Assembly: GCA_947165285.1 (NCBI GenBank)
Contig: CAMUZS010000002.1
Span: 26,302-90,301, forward strand
Source of the DNA: an uncultured Mycoplasmatota bacterium
Lineage (GTDB): Bacteria; Bacillota_I; Bacilli_A; RF39; UBA660
Length of the DNA: 64,000 nucleotides
Reading direction: 5' to 3'
Shown here one piece after another: positions 28,517-37,442 of the stretch. The first letter of the stretch is position 1. Each line of letters opens with the position of its first letter. The position numbers and the translations under genes are program-made. Below the pieces are notes generated by a model, which saw nothing but the letters and a program-made list of their open reading frames with translations, searched no databases and was not told the origin of the DNA.

Positions 28517-29673
28517 TATATAACCTCATTTATTAGATTTAACCATTTCTTTATTATTACATTTTTACTATAATCTTTTTTTCTAATTGATGATTGTTTA
28601 ATATAATAATTTCTTTTATTGTTATCATTTAATATCATTAATATAGCCTTTGCTAATAATTGTTCTTTTAATGTAATATAATCTTTATTATGTTCATTAA
28701 TAAATGATGGAACTAAAATACCATATTTCTTCTCTTCAATATCATCTACAAACGTATTTATATTTTCATCATCAATTATTTCTATTGAACCACCATATGA
28801 AGACGTTGATATTATTGGTAAATCACAATTTATGGCCTCAATTAAAACATTAGGAAAACCTTCATAATCAGATGCTAAAACCATACACTTAGCATATTTA
28901 AAAAACTTAAAAGGATTTTTATAATATGACATTAAAAATACATTATTCTTTAAATTATATTTATCTATTAAATCATTTAAGTAATCTTTTTGATTTCCCC
29001 TACCAAATATTAATAGTTTTGCATCACTTTTTTCTTTAACTACAATACTCATTGATTTAATAATATGTTCATGTCCTTTATGTTCAACAAGTCTTGCCAT
29101 ATCAATTATCATATTATTGCTGATATATTTTTTTTCGTTTTCTTCTATTTTTTCTTTAATACATTTATTTATTAATGCATCATCACAAAAGTTTTCAATG
29201 ACAACTGTTTTCTTCTTTTTAGAATGATATTTTTTTATTTGATCATCATAAACACTTTTTGAACAACATATAACTTTATCACAAAAAAGTAATGATATCT
29301 TATGATATATATATAAAATAAATTTTTCTTTTTTAGCAGATAAATGATTTCGAACAGATATAAAAACCTTATCCTTACACTTAGACAATATATTATAATA
29401 ATTATATAATGTAGTATAACTTATTGTAACATCTATATTATTTTCTTTTTTTATCTTTTTTAACTTTTTTATAGCCTTTAATCTTTTATGTTTTGAATTA
29501 AATTCCAATATTTCAATAGTTTTTACATTACAATCATAATCGAATGAACACTTATCAGCACATACTAAAATAACATTATGATATTTCATAAGTTCATTTG
29601 CTAAATTAATAATAGATCTTTCAGCACCACCATTATTTAGATTTCCAATTAATAACATAATGTTCTTTTTCAT
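28516..29673 (-). CDS. Glycosyltransferase family 4
   Basis: LIGNLNNGGAERSIINLANEL and EGFPNVLIEAINCDLPIISTS motifs. Confidence 0.8.
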   Translation of the reverse strand: MKKNIMLLIGNLNNGGAERSIINLANELMKYHNVILVCADKCSFDYDCNVKTIEILEFNSKHKRLKAIKKLKKIKKENNIDVTISYTTLYNYYNILSKCKDKVFISVRNHLSAKKEKFILYIYHKISLLFCDKVICCSKSVYDDQIKKYHSKKKKTVVIENFCDDALINKCIKEKIEENEKKYISNNMIIDMARLVEHKGHEHIIKSMSIVVKEKSDAKLLIFGRGNQKDYLNDLIDKYNLKNNVFLMSYYKNPFKFFKYAKCMVLASDYEGFPNVLIEAINCDLPIISTSSYGGSIEIIDDENINTFVDDIEEKKYGILVPSFINEHNKDYITLKEQLLAKAILMILNDNNKRNYYIKQSSIRKKDYSKNVIIKKWLNLINEVI

Positions 29674-29730
29674 AATGTTCTCCCTCTTATATTATACATG
29701 ATAAGATATTTATTTACAAAGATTATATGT

Positions 29731-29763
29731 ATTAAAAAAGTTGATAACTAAAAAGTTATCAAC
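29731..29763 (-). terminator. Rho-independent terminator after the antiporter gene
   Basis: Perfect 10-bp inverted repeat gttgataact/agttatcaac (29740-29763), followed by a U-run on the minus strand, immediately 3' of the stop at 29768. Confidence 0.65.
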
Positions 29764-29767
29764 AAAA

Positions 29768-30733
29768 TTATATAAATAAAATATAGCTATAATAACATAT
29801 AAATACTATTAAAAATATTAATCCTTTTTTTCTTGAAATTTTATGATTTTTTAATGAAAAGATAAATAACAATAGAGCCGCTAAAATCATTGCAATAATA
29901 TCAATATGACCTATCGATATATTTGGAATATTTCCAAATATTGTAACTGGAATTCCAATAACTATTCCTATATTAAAAATATTACTACCAACAACATTTC
30001 CAATTGCTATATCATATTCACCTTTTCTAGTTGCTATTACAGATGTTACAAGTTCTGGTAATGAAGTACCAAGTGCAACAATAGTTAAAGCTATTATTCT
30101 TTCACTAACACCTAGAAGCGAAGCAATTTTAGAAGCACTATCAACAACCATATTACTACCAAATATAATAGCTAATATACCAAAAGCAGTAAACAATAAA
30201 GCTTTTGCTATCGGCATTGATTTTTCATTATCATCATCATCACTAACCTTATTCCTAGCCATTGATATTAAATAATAAATAAATACACTAAAAAATAATA
30301 ATACAACTATTCCATCACTTCTTGTAAACATATTAATAGAGTTTTTATCAAAAACATTATCAAGTAATAATACAGAGAATAATAAAGTAATTAATAATGT
30401 AATAGGCAATTCTTTTTTTACAGTATTATTTTTAACATTTAATGGATGAACTAATGATGCAATACCCAGTATTAATAATATATTTAAAATATTACTACCA
30501 ATAACATTACCTAAAACTATATCACCACTTCGAACAATCATCGATTTAATACTAACTGCAAATTCTGGAGCAGAAGTACCAAAAGCTACAATAGTAAGAC
30601 CAATTAACATCTTTGATACCTTAAAATATTTTGCAACTCCACTAGCACCATCAACAAAAATATCAGCACCCTTAATTAATACAACAAAACCAATGATTAA
30701 TAAAACAATTTGTAATAACATAATTTCCTCCAT
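29768..30733 (-). CDS. Ca2+:cation antiporter (CaCA/YrbG family)
   Basis: Two alpha-repeat motifs (GNVIGSNILNILLILGI; GNVVGSNIFNIGIVIGI); about 10 TM helices. Confidence 0.8.
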   Translation of the reverse strand: MEEIMLLQIVLLIIGFVVLIKGADIFVDGASGVAKYFKVSKMLIGLTIVAFGTSAPEFAVSIKSMIVRSGDIVLGNVIGSNILNILLILGIASLVHPLNVKNNTVKKELPITLLITLLFSVLLLDNVFDKNSINMFTRSDGIVVLLFFSVFIYYLISMARNKVSDDDDNEKSMPIAKALLFTAFGILAIIFGSNMVVDSASKIASLLGVSERIIALTIVALGTSLPELVTSVIATRKGEYDIAIGNVVGSNIFNIGIVIGIPVTIFGNIPNISIGHIDIIAMILAALLLFIFSLKNHKISRKKGLIFLIVFICYYSYILFI

Positions 30734-30822
30734 AATCTACTATAATAATATTATCATAACAAAAAAACTATATCAAATTTTACTTGATATTTAATTTTAT
30801 TTTTGATATATTATTAACACAT

Positions 30823-30896
30823 GCAGGTGTGGTTCAACGGTAGAATATAACCTTGCCAAGGTTGAGACGAGGGTTCGACTCCCTTCACTTGCTCCA
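30823..30896 (+). tRNA. tRNA-Gly (anticodon GCC), CCA encoded
   Basis: 74 nt cloverleaf. Acceptor stem GCAGGTG/CACTTGC; anticodon arm TAACC-TTGCCAA-GGTTG; T-arm GAGGG-TTCGACT-CCCTT; ends in tCCA. Confidence 0.9.
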
Positions 30897-30908
30897 TTTA
30901 AAAAAATA

Positions 30909-30936
30909 GCTAATCCAATAGGGATTAGTTTTTTTA
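30909..30936. terminator. Terminator hairpin following the tRNA (also 3' of the convergent small CotF-like gene)
   Basis: gctaatcc-aata-gggattag followed by ttttttt; A-run on the other side. Confidence 0.6.
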
Positions 30937-30959
30937 TGATTCAAAATAAAAAAAGAATA

Positions 30960-31217
30960 TTAAGATTCTTTTTTACATAATTTATCATATGTTTGTTTAA
31001 TAGTTTTCTTATCAATATTTTTTACTTGATACCATCCACATTTTGTCATTTCATTATATACTCTTTCTTGATGTTTTAATGTTTCATCTAATCCACAAAA
31101 TAATAATTCTTTTATTTCCTTATTAGAACTTTCAAGCGTTCCATGAACATATACTTCTACTGTGCTTTTTAAAACTAATAAATAATTTTCCATTAACAAT
31201 TGATCTGTCATTAGCAT
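30960..31217 (-). CDS. Spore coat protein F (CotF/Coat_F domain)-like small protein
   Basis: 85 aa. ...ELLFCGLDETLKHQERVYNEMTKCGWYQ matches the Coat F domain C-terminal signature (..GWY.). Confidence 0.45.
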   Translation of the reverse strand: MLMTDQLLMENYLLVLKSTVEVYVHGTLESSNKEIKELLFCGLDETLKHQERVYNEMTKCGWYQVKNIDKKTIKQTYDKLCKKES

Positions 31218-31396
31218 TCTGCCTCCATTTTATTTAATAATTTTTCTTCCATAGTATAATGTTTTTTTATCTCCTTTTCTATAAACGAAACTAAGTTTTC
31301 ATCTTCTAAAGCATTTACAATATTATTTAATATATCAATAATATTTTTTTCATGGTTTATAGCATCTTCTAAATATAATAATTCTTTTTGTGTCAT
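31211..31396 (-). CDS. Small helical protein, probable N-terminal partner of the split CotF-like pair
   Basis: 61 aa. Overlaps the downstream gene by 7 nt, the arrangement seen for two-gene Coat F-like pairs in clostridia. A weak call. Confidence 0.35.
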   Translation of the reverse strand: MTQKELLYLEDAINHEKNIIDILNNIVNALEDENLVSFIEKEIKKHYTMEEKLLNKMEAEC

Positions 31397-31451
31397 ATTA
31401 TTTCCTCCTGATACTATTATTTACAAAAATAAAAAAAGAATACAATGTATT

Positions 31452-31766
31452 CTATTTTAGTTTAACAGCTGTACCATATGCAATTATTTCTGCAGCACCT
31501 TGCATAACTGCAGATGATCCATATCTAACACCAATTATTGCATCAGCATCAACTTTTTTTGCTTCTTCGATCATTCTTTCAGTTGCAATTTGTCTAGCTT
31601 CTTTTATCATTTGTGTATAACCTTTAATTTCTCCACCAACTAATGTTTTAAAACCAGCCATTATATCTCTACCAGCATTTTTTGATTGAACTATTTCTCC
31701 TTTTACTAATCCCAATGTTTCCTTAATAGTTTCTCCAGCAATAGTATCAGTACTAACTATTTTCAT
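31452..31766 (-). CDS. YbjQ/UPF0145 family protein
   Basis: 104 aa. ...AIIGVRYGSSAVMQGAAEIIAYGTAVKL matches the UPF0145 C-terminus. Confidence 0.7.
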   Translation of the reverse strand: MKIVSTDTIAGETIKETLGLVKGEIVQSKNAGRDIMAGFKTLVGGEIKGYTQMIKEARQIATERMIEEAKKVDADAIIGVRYGSSAVMQGAAEIIAYGTAVKLK

Positions 31767-31836
31767 ATCTTACACCTCCTTTATAAATATATATCTTTTA
31801 ATTAGATTATCAAATAATTACAATAAATTCAATATT

Positions 31837-32214
31837 TTAATTAAAGGCTAATTCAACGTCTAAATCATTATCATTAAATGCTATATATAAAAAAATACAA
31901 CCGCTAATAAAAATCAATAAAGACGAAATAAACGATAATAAATTTAACTTATATTTTTTATCATTAACATAAATTTTTTTTAAACTATCATACGAATCTT
32001 TTAAAAAATATAAATAAACTATTATTAATATTGAAAAAATTAAAATCATAATCTTTTGATATTTATCTTTACTTTTAATATCATTATTTATAAAATATTT
32101 TCTTTCTAAATTGTTTGAATAAAAACTTAATATTATTATACCAATATATGTAATCCATATTATTTCTTCAATTTTTAGTTCTTTTAATTTATTATTTAAT
32201 TGAGAATAATCCAT
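31837..32214 (-). CDS. Hypothetical small membrane protein (three predicted TM helices)
   Basis: Hydrophobic segments only. Confidence 0.4.
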   Translation of the reverse strand: MDYSQLNNKLKELKIEEIIWITYIGIIILSFYSNNLERKYFINNDIKSKDKYQKIMILIFSILIIVYLYFLKDSYDSLKKIYVNDKKYKLNLLSFISSLLIFISGCIFLYIAFNDNDLDVELAFN

Positions 32215-32258
32215 AATAGATTATATTTTTAAAAAAAATAAATAGAATTATTATCTAT

Positions 32259-32939
32259 TTATTTTTTTGGAAATATACTTACTAATTGGCTAGCAAATTC
32301 ATAATAATTCTGTGTTTGAAGTACTACTTTTCCTGGACCAGTTATTTTAGTTAAAAATAAACCTTCTCCACCAAATAACACATTCTTTACTCCTTGAACT
32401 GGAACAACTTCATACTTACATGTTTTATCAAAATAAACAACATTACCTGTATCAATTAATATAGATTCACCAGGCATTAATTGTTTTTCTTTAATATTTC
32501 CATCAACTTCTAAAAATACTAGACCATTGCCATGAATATCTTGAAGAACAAAACCTTCTCCACCAAATAATCCTGCTCCAAATTTTTTTGTAAATGTAAC
32601 ATCAAAAATTACTCCTTCTTGAGCACATAAAAACGCACCTTTTTGAGCTATTATTCCAGGATGATCTGTTGATAAATTAATAGCAACTATCTCTCCAGGA
32701 ACAGTTGAAGCAAACGCTATTGTTTCTCCATCTCTTAAAGAAGTGTAAGTATTCATAAAAATACTCTCACCAGAAAATAATCTTCCTATAGCTTTAGAAA
32801 GCCCTCCATGTGTATTTGTTTTCATCTCAATATTTTCTGATCTCCATATCATTCCACCTTTTTGTGTATATAAACAATCACCTTTATTTAGTTTAAATTC
32901 TACAGCTGGAACAGTATCACCTATTATTTCATATTTCAT
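32259..32939 (-). CDS. AIM24/TIGR00266 (DUF124) family protein
   Basis: MKYEIIGDTVPAVEFKL...KGAFLCAQEGV...FGGEGFVLQDIHGNG...GESILIDTGNVVYFD...LFGGEGLFLTKITGPGKVVLQT follows the family consensus closely. Confidence 0.8.
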   Translation of the reverse strand: MKYEIIGDTVPAVEFKLNKGDCLYTQKGGMIWRSENIEMKTNTHGGLSKAIGRLFSGESIFMNTYTSLRDGETIAFASTVPGEIVAINLSTDHPGIIAQKGAFLCAQEGVIFDVTFTKKFGAGLFGGEGFVLQDIHGNGLVFLEVDGNIKEKQLMPGESILIDTGNVVYFDKTCKYEVVPVQGVKNVLFGGEGLFLTKITGPGKVVLQTQNYYEFASQLVSIFPKK

Positions 32940-32984
32940 ATTACCCTCCTATAATAATTATATCAAATACAAAATATTAATTAT

Positions 32985-33018
32985 ATAAAAAAAATAAAAG
33001 TAGACATTTTTAGTCTAC
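32985..33018 (-). terminator. Rho-independent terminator of argS
   Basis: gtagac-attttta-gtctac hairpin overlapping the stop codon, with a U-run on the minus strand (plus-strand aaaaaaaataaaa). Confidence 0.6.
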
Positions 33019-34751
33019 ATTTTTTCTGGTATTTCCATTCCAAGTATATTTACTAATTTAGTCATTGTATTACTCAACAATTTAGTAATAAATATCCAAG
33101 ATTCTCTTAATTCATTATCATCTTGAATTAATATTTTATTGTTATCATAAAAAGAATTATAAGTTCTAGCTAATTGATACAAATAATCAGTTATAAAACT
33201 TAATGATCTATCTTCAAAAGATTTATTTAAAATTGAATCAACTTGTAATAATTTAACAATTATATCTCTATCATATTTATCATTTAATTTAAATAATTTA
33301 TTAAAAGAAATACCCTCATCTTGAGCTTTTTTAACTAATGAATTCATCCTAACAATTGAATATAATAAATAGACTCCAGTCTTTCCATTTAGATCACAAA
33401 ACTTTTCAATATCAAATATATAATCAGTTGATCTTACAGGAAGTAAATCAGCATATTTTAAAGCAGCTACTGATACAATATCTGCAATCTTATTTCTGTC
33501 TTGATCACTAAAACTAGAATTAACTTTTTTTAATGTTTCATCTTTTACTGATTTCATTAAATTATCAAGTGTCATTACTCCACCATCTCTAGTTTTAAAA
33601 GGTTTACCATCAATTCCATTCATTGTTCCAAAACCAAGATGTTCTAATTTAATATTTTCAGAAACTATCTTTGTTTTATAACAAGCTCTAAATACTTGTT
33701 CAAAGTGAAGAGATTGTCTATTATCTACTACATACCATATCTCATTAGGATTTAAATTATTAACTCTATCCCAAATTGTTGCTATATCAGTAGTTTCGTA
33801 AGAAACTGACTTATTAGATTTAACTAATAATAATGGAGGTATTTCCAATTTATCATCTACGCGAGATACATCAACAATTTCTGCTCCTTCACTTATTCTA
33901 GTATAATTATTACTTTCCAAATAATTTATTACATCATTAACAAATATATCTGCATCACTTTCACCATTCCAAAGATCAAATGAAACATTTAATTTATCAT
34001 ATAGAACTTTTATACTATCCACTGATACTTTAACAATCTTTTTCCATAAATCATAATAACCTTTTTCTTTATTTTGTAATTTTGTAGTGATAATTCTTGC
34101 TTCCTCTAAATACTCTTCATCTTCTTTTGCTTTATTACTTGCAATTGGATATAATTCCTCTAATTCTTTATTAGTTATAATATCATCATTTGGATAATCT
34201 CCATCATAATTTTCATCAAAATAAACCCAATCAGGATGTCTTTTCTTTAATTCTAAAATAACTAATCCAAGTGGACGACCCCAATCTCCTAAATGAACAT
34301 CAGCAATAACATTATATCCCAAAAATTTAGCAAGACGCTTTAGAGCTTCTCCAATATTAGCGGATCTTAAATGACCAACATGCAATACTTTTGCAACATT
34401 AGGTCCTCCATAATCCATTATAATATTTATATTATTTTTTTCATATTCACTTAATACAAATTCGTTAAAATATTTAATTAAAGATTCATTATTAAAAGTA
34501 ATGTTAATAAATCCAGGACCATCAACAGTTGCTTTTTCAATATCACTTTTATCTAACTTATCAACTATTTCATTAGCAATATCAATAGGATTTTTATGAT
34601 ATTCTTTTGCTAGTGGCATTACTCCATTAAATTGATAATCACCAAAATTTTCATTTTGTGCAGGAAGTAATTTGACTCTATCAACACTATATCCTAATAG
34701 TTTAATAGTATTAAATATTTTTTCTTCTTGTATTTTAATAAAATCTTTCAT
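33015..34751 (-). CDS. argS: Arginyl-tRNA synthetase
   Basis: 578 aa. Class I HIGH-type motif PNVAKVLHVGHLRS and a C-terminal DALR anticodon-binding region. Confidence 0.9.
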   Translation of the reverse strand: MKDFIKIQEEKIFNTIKLLGYSVDRVKLLPAQNENFGDYQFNGVMPLAKEYHKNPIDIANEIVDKLDKSDIEKATVDGPGFINITFNNESLIKYFNEFVLSEYEKNNINIIMDYGGPNVAKVLHVGHLRSANIGEALKRLAKFLGYNVIADVHLGDWGRPLGLVILELKKRHPDWVYFDENYDGDYPNDDIITNKELEELYPIASNKAKEDEEYLEEARIITTKLQNKEKGYYDLWKKIVKVSVDSIKVLYDKLNVSFDLWNGESDADIFVNDVINYLESNNYTRISEGAEIVDVSRVDDKLEIPPLLLVKSNKSVSYETTDIATIWDRVNNLNPNEIWYVVDNRQSLHFEQVFRACYKTKIVSENIKLEHLGFGTMNGIDGKPFKTRDGGVMTLDNLMKSVKDETLKKVNSSFSDQDRNKIADIVSVAALKYADLLPVRSTDYIFDIEKFCDLNGKTGVYLLYSIVRMNSLVKKAQDEGISFNKLFKLNDKYDRDIIVKLLQVDSILNKSFEDRSLSFITDYLYQLARTYNSFYDNNKILIQDDNELRESWIFITKLLSNTMTKLVNILGMEIPEKM

Positions 34752-34802
34752 TATATCGCCCCTATTTTCTGTATATATTTTATCAATTAATTTAAAAACA
34801 AT

Positions 34803-35537
34803 CTACTTTTTTCTTACTTTTTTATAAACATTTGAAATACTATAAATATCATTAAACTCTCTACTAGAGTTATTTAATAATTCGACTAATTCAACCGGAA
34901 TTTTATTATAAAAACTAGTTTTTTCAGGAAATAATTCCCAAATTCTATATTTAATGTTGCTATTTATAATTAAATTATTTTTAAAAACTTTTATAAATGG
35001 AGAATAAGAATTATGATCAGATAAAATATATTGACTAATTTTGTTATTTACTTTCTTTTTTATAATATCAGGATGACTATTATATATATAACTTAAATGA
35101 TTTTGCAATTTAGATCCTGAAAATTTAGTTAAATCAAATTCATAATCTAAAAATTGATTTTCAACTATATTTTGTTGACTGTAATATAAATGAGGTTCAT
35201 TATTGTAATTTTCTAATTGTAATTTATTAATTCTATCATTTAATAAATTAATCTGAACTACAAATGATAAAGGATCATCTAAATTAACTATATATCTATC
35301 ACTATTTTTTAAATATTGTTTATATTCATCTTCTTCAATATATACACCATATATATTTTTATCATTAACTAAAACATTTAACTCATGATTTCCAGTAACA
35401 AAAAATTTTTCATTGTTACATGTAATAAAATATGGATCTTCTATTTTAGAAATATAATCTAGTGCTTTATTAATATATTTTTCTAAAGATTCATATGATT
35501 CATTATTTATCTTTTTAAAACTAAAATTACTATCCAT
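34803..35537 (-). CDS. Hypothetical protein
   Basis: 244 aa with no recognisable motif. It sits between argS and asnB. Confidence 0.4.
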   Translation of the reverse strand: MDSNFSFKKINNESYESLEKYINKALDYISKIEDPYFITCNNEKFFVTGNHELNVLVNDKNIYGVYIEEDEYKQYLKNSDRYIVNLDDPLSFVVQINLLNDRINKLQLENYNNEPHLYYSQQNIVENQFLDYEFDLTKFSGSKLQNHLSYIYNSHPDIIKKKVNNKISQYILSDHNSYSPFIKVFKNNLIINSNIKYRIWELFPEKTSFYNKIPVELVELLNNSSREFNDIYSISNVYKKVRKK

Positions 35538-35603
35538 TTAAAAGCCCCCAAACATAAATATTATTTTACAAACATATATGTAAAAAGTCAATTAAAAAGA
35601 AGC

Positions 35604-37424
35604 TTATGCTTCTTTAAAATAAACATCATACCATACTAAGAAAGTATATATTGTCCATACCTTTTTATAACAATCTTTTTTACCACTTTTATGAAGTTCT
35701 AATAATTTCAATATTTTCTTTTGATTAAACAAATATGCTGCTTCTTCACTTTCAAATTTTACCTTTATTGTATTATATAAGTCATCTTCTTTTATCCATT
35801 CTCTTAAAGGAACTGGAAAGCCTAATTTTTTCTTTTTATATGATTCATTAGGAATAACGCTTTTAGCCGCTAATCTTAATGCTGGTTTAGTTGTTTCACT
35901 ACTTATTTTTGCACTTAATGGCAAATTTTTAGCAACATCATAAACTTTATCATCTAAAAATGGAGTTCTTGCTTCTAAAGAAAACATCATTGTATTTCTA
36001 TCAACTGCATGTAAAAAATCCTTGACTAACCAATAATAATAATCCACTATTTGTCTTTTAGTTGTATTATCCTTTCCTTTATTATTTTCATATAATTTTC
36101 TTACTATACTAGTTGGTTTAATCTGATTATTAAAATTTACTATATTAATGGCATCTTTATCTCTAAATACCCTTCCTAATCCAATATTTTGATCTTCTAA
36201 CTTTTGGCCACGACGATATATAAAATTAAATCCTCTAATATCAGGAAATATAGATGCAATACTTGAAGCAATATGTCTTAAGAAAAAAGGTATTTTCATA
36301 TACCAACTTTGTGATATATCTTCTAAATATGTTTGATATCCTCCAAAAAATTCATCAGCACCTTCTCCAGACATTACAACCTTTACATCACGTGATGCAA
36401 TTTCTGCTACAAAATAAAGAGCAATCGCAGATGGATCTGCTAATGGTTCATCCATATAATACATAATTCTTTTAAAATTACTAATATATTCATCTTTAGT
36501 TATCTTTTTAGAAGTATTAGATATTCCTAATTTATCAGTTAAATCCTTAGCATAAGAAATCTCATCATATTTTAAATTATCATATCCAACAGTATAGGTT
36601 TTATCTGGTCTTGCAAGTGAAACAAGATAAGATGAATCTATACCACTAGATAAAAATGATCCTACCTCTACATCACTAATCTTATGATATTCAACACTAT
36701 TTTCCATAGCATTTCTTATATCTTTAACAATAGTTTCCATATCTTGTTCTTTTGGATTAATATCAAGTTCAAAGTACTTTTGAATATCTATATTATCATC
36801 TTTATATAATAATGTATGTCCAGGTTCTAAACGATATACACCTTTAAAGAAAGTTTCTTCAGTTGGAGTTGAATTAAAACAAAGATAAGATGCTAAAATT
36901 TCCTTATTTAATTCTTTATTAAATTTAGGATGATCTAAAAAGCATTTAATTTCTGATGCAAACATAAATGTATCATCAAACTTAGCATAATAAAGTGGTT
37001 TAATTCCCCATTTATCTCTTGCCATAAATAATTCTTTATTTTTTATATCATATATAGCAAATGCAAACATACCTCGCAAATGATTTACTACATCTTTACC
37101 CCACTCTTTATAACCATAAATTATAGTTTCTGTATCAGATTTATTTTGAAACTTATATCCTTTATTTTTTAATTCATCTTTTAATTCTAAAAAATTATAT
37201 ATTTCACCATTAAAAACAATAACTAAAGACTTATCATCACTAAACATTGGTTGTGCACCAGTATTTAAATCTATTATTGCAAGACGCCTATGAGCTAAAG
37301 CAATATTATCGTCAATATAATATCCTTCTCCATCTGGTCCACGATGAGCTATCCTATTAGCCATTTTTATTATAGTTTCCTTTTTATCCTTTTCTTTATT
37401 TATAAATCCTGTTATTCCACACAT
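35604..37424 (-). CDS. asnB: Asparagine synthetase B (glutamine-hydrolysing), intact Cys2 nucleophile
   Basis: Begins MCGITGFI..., the class-II glutamine amidotransferase start. PP-loop SFLSSGIDSSYLVSLA. Confidence 0.9.
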   Translation of the reverse strand: MCGITGFINKEKDKKETIIKMANRIAHRGPDGEGYYIDDNIALAHRRLAIIDLNTGAQPMFSDDKSLVIVFNGEIYNFLELKDELKNKGYKFQNKSDTETIIYGYKEWGKDVVNHLRGMFAFAIYDIKNKELFMARDKWGIKPLYYAKFDDTFMFASEIKCFLDHPKFNKELNKEILASYLCFNSTPTEETFFKGVYRLEPGHTLLYKDDNIDIQKYFELDINPKEQDMETIVKDIRNAMENSVEYHKISDVEVGSFLSSGIDSSYLVSLARPDKTYTVGYDNLKYDEISYAKDLTDKLGISNTSKKITKDEYISNFKRIMYYMDEPLADPSAIALYFVAEIASRDVKVVMSGEGADEFFGGYQTYLEDISQSWYMKIPFFLRHIASSIASIFPDIRGFNFIYRRGQKLEDQNIGLGRVFRDKDAINIVNFNNQIKPTSIVRKLYENNKGKDNTTKRQIVDYYYWLVKDFLHAVDRNTMMFSLEARTPFLDDKVYDVAKNLPLSAKISSETTKPALRLAAKSVIPNESYKKKKLGFPVPLREWIKEDDLYNTIKVKFESEEAAYLFNQKKILKLLELHKSGKKDCYKKVWTIYTFLVWYDVYFKEA

Positions 37425-37442
37425 TTATATCACATCCTAAAT

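Noticed and set aside
27537-29767. RiPP precursor peptide next to the radical SAM/SPASM gene.
   Set aside because: The flanks are only 14 nt and 0 nt from the neighbouring GT4 genes. The only small ORFs there are antisense artefacts inside the rSAM gene. No leader or core peptide candidate with an RBS exists.
30734-30960. Genomic island or prophage integrated at the tRNA-Gly gene.
   Set aside because: No integrase, recombinase or phage genes, and no direct repeat of the tRNA 3' end, within several kb on either side. The flanking genes are ordinary chromosomal genes.
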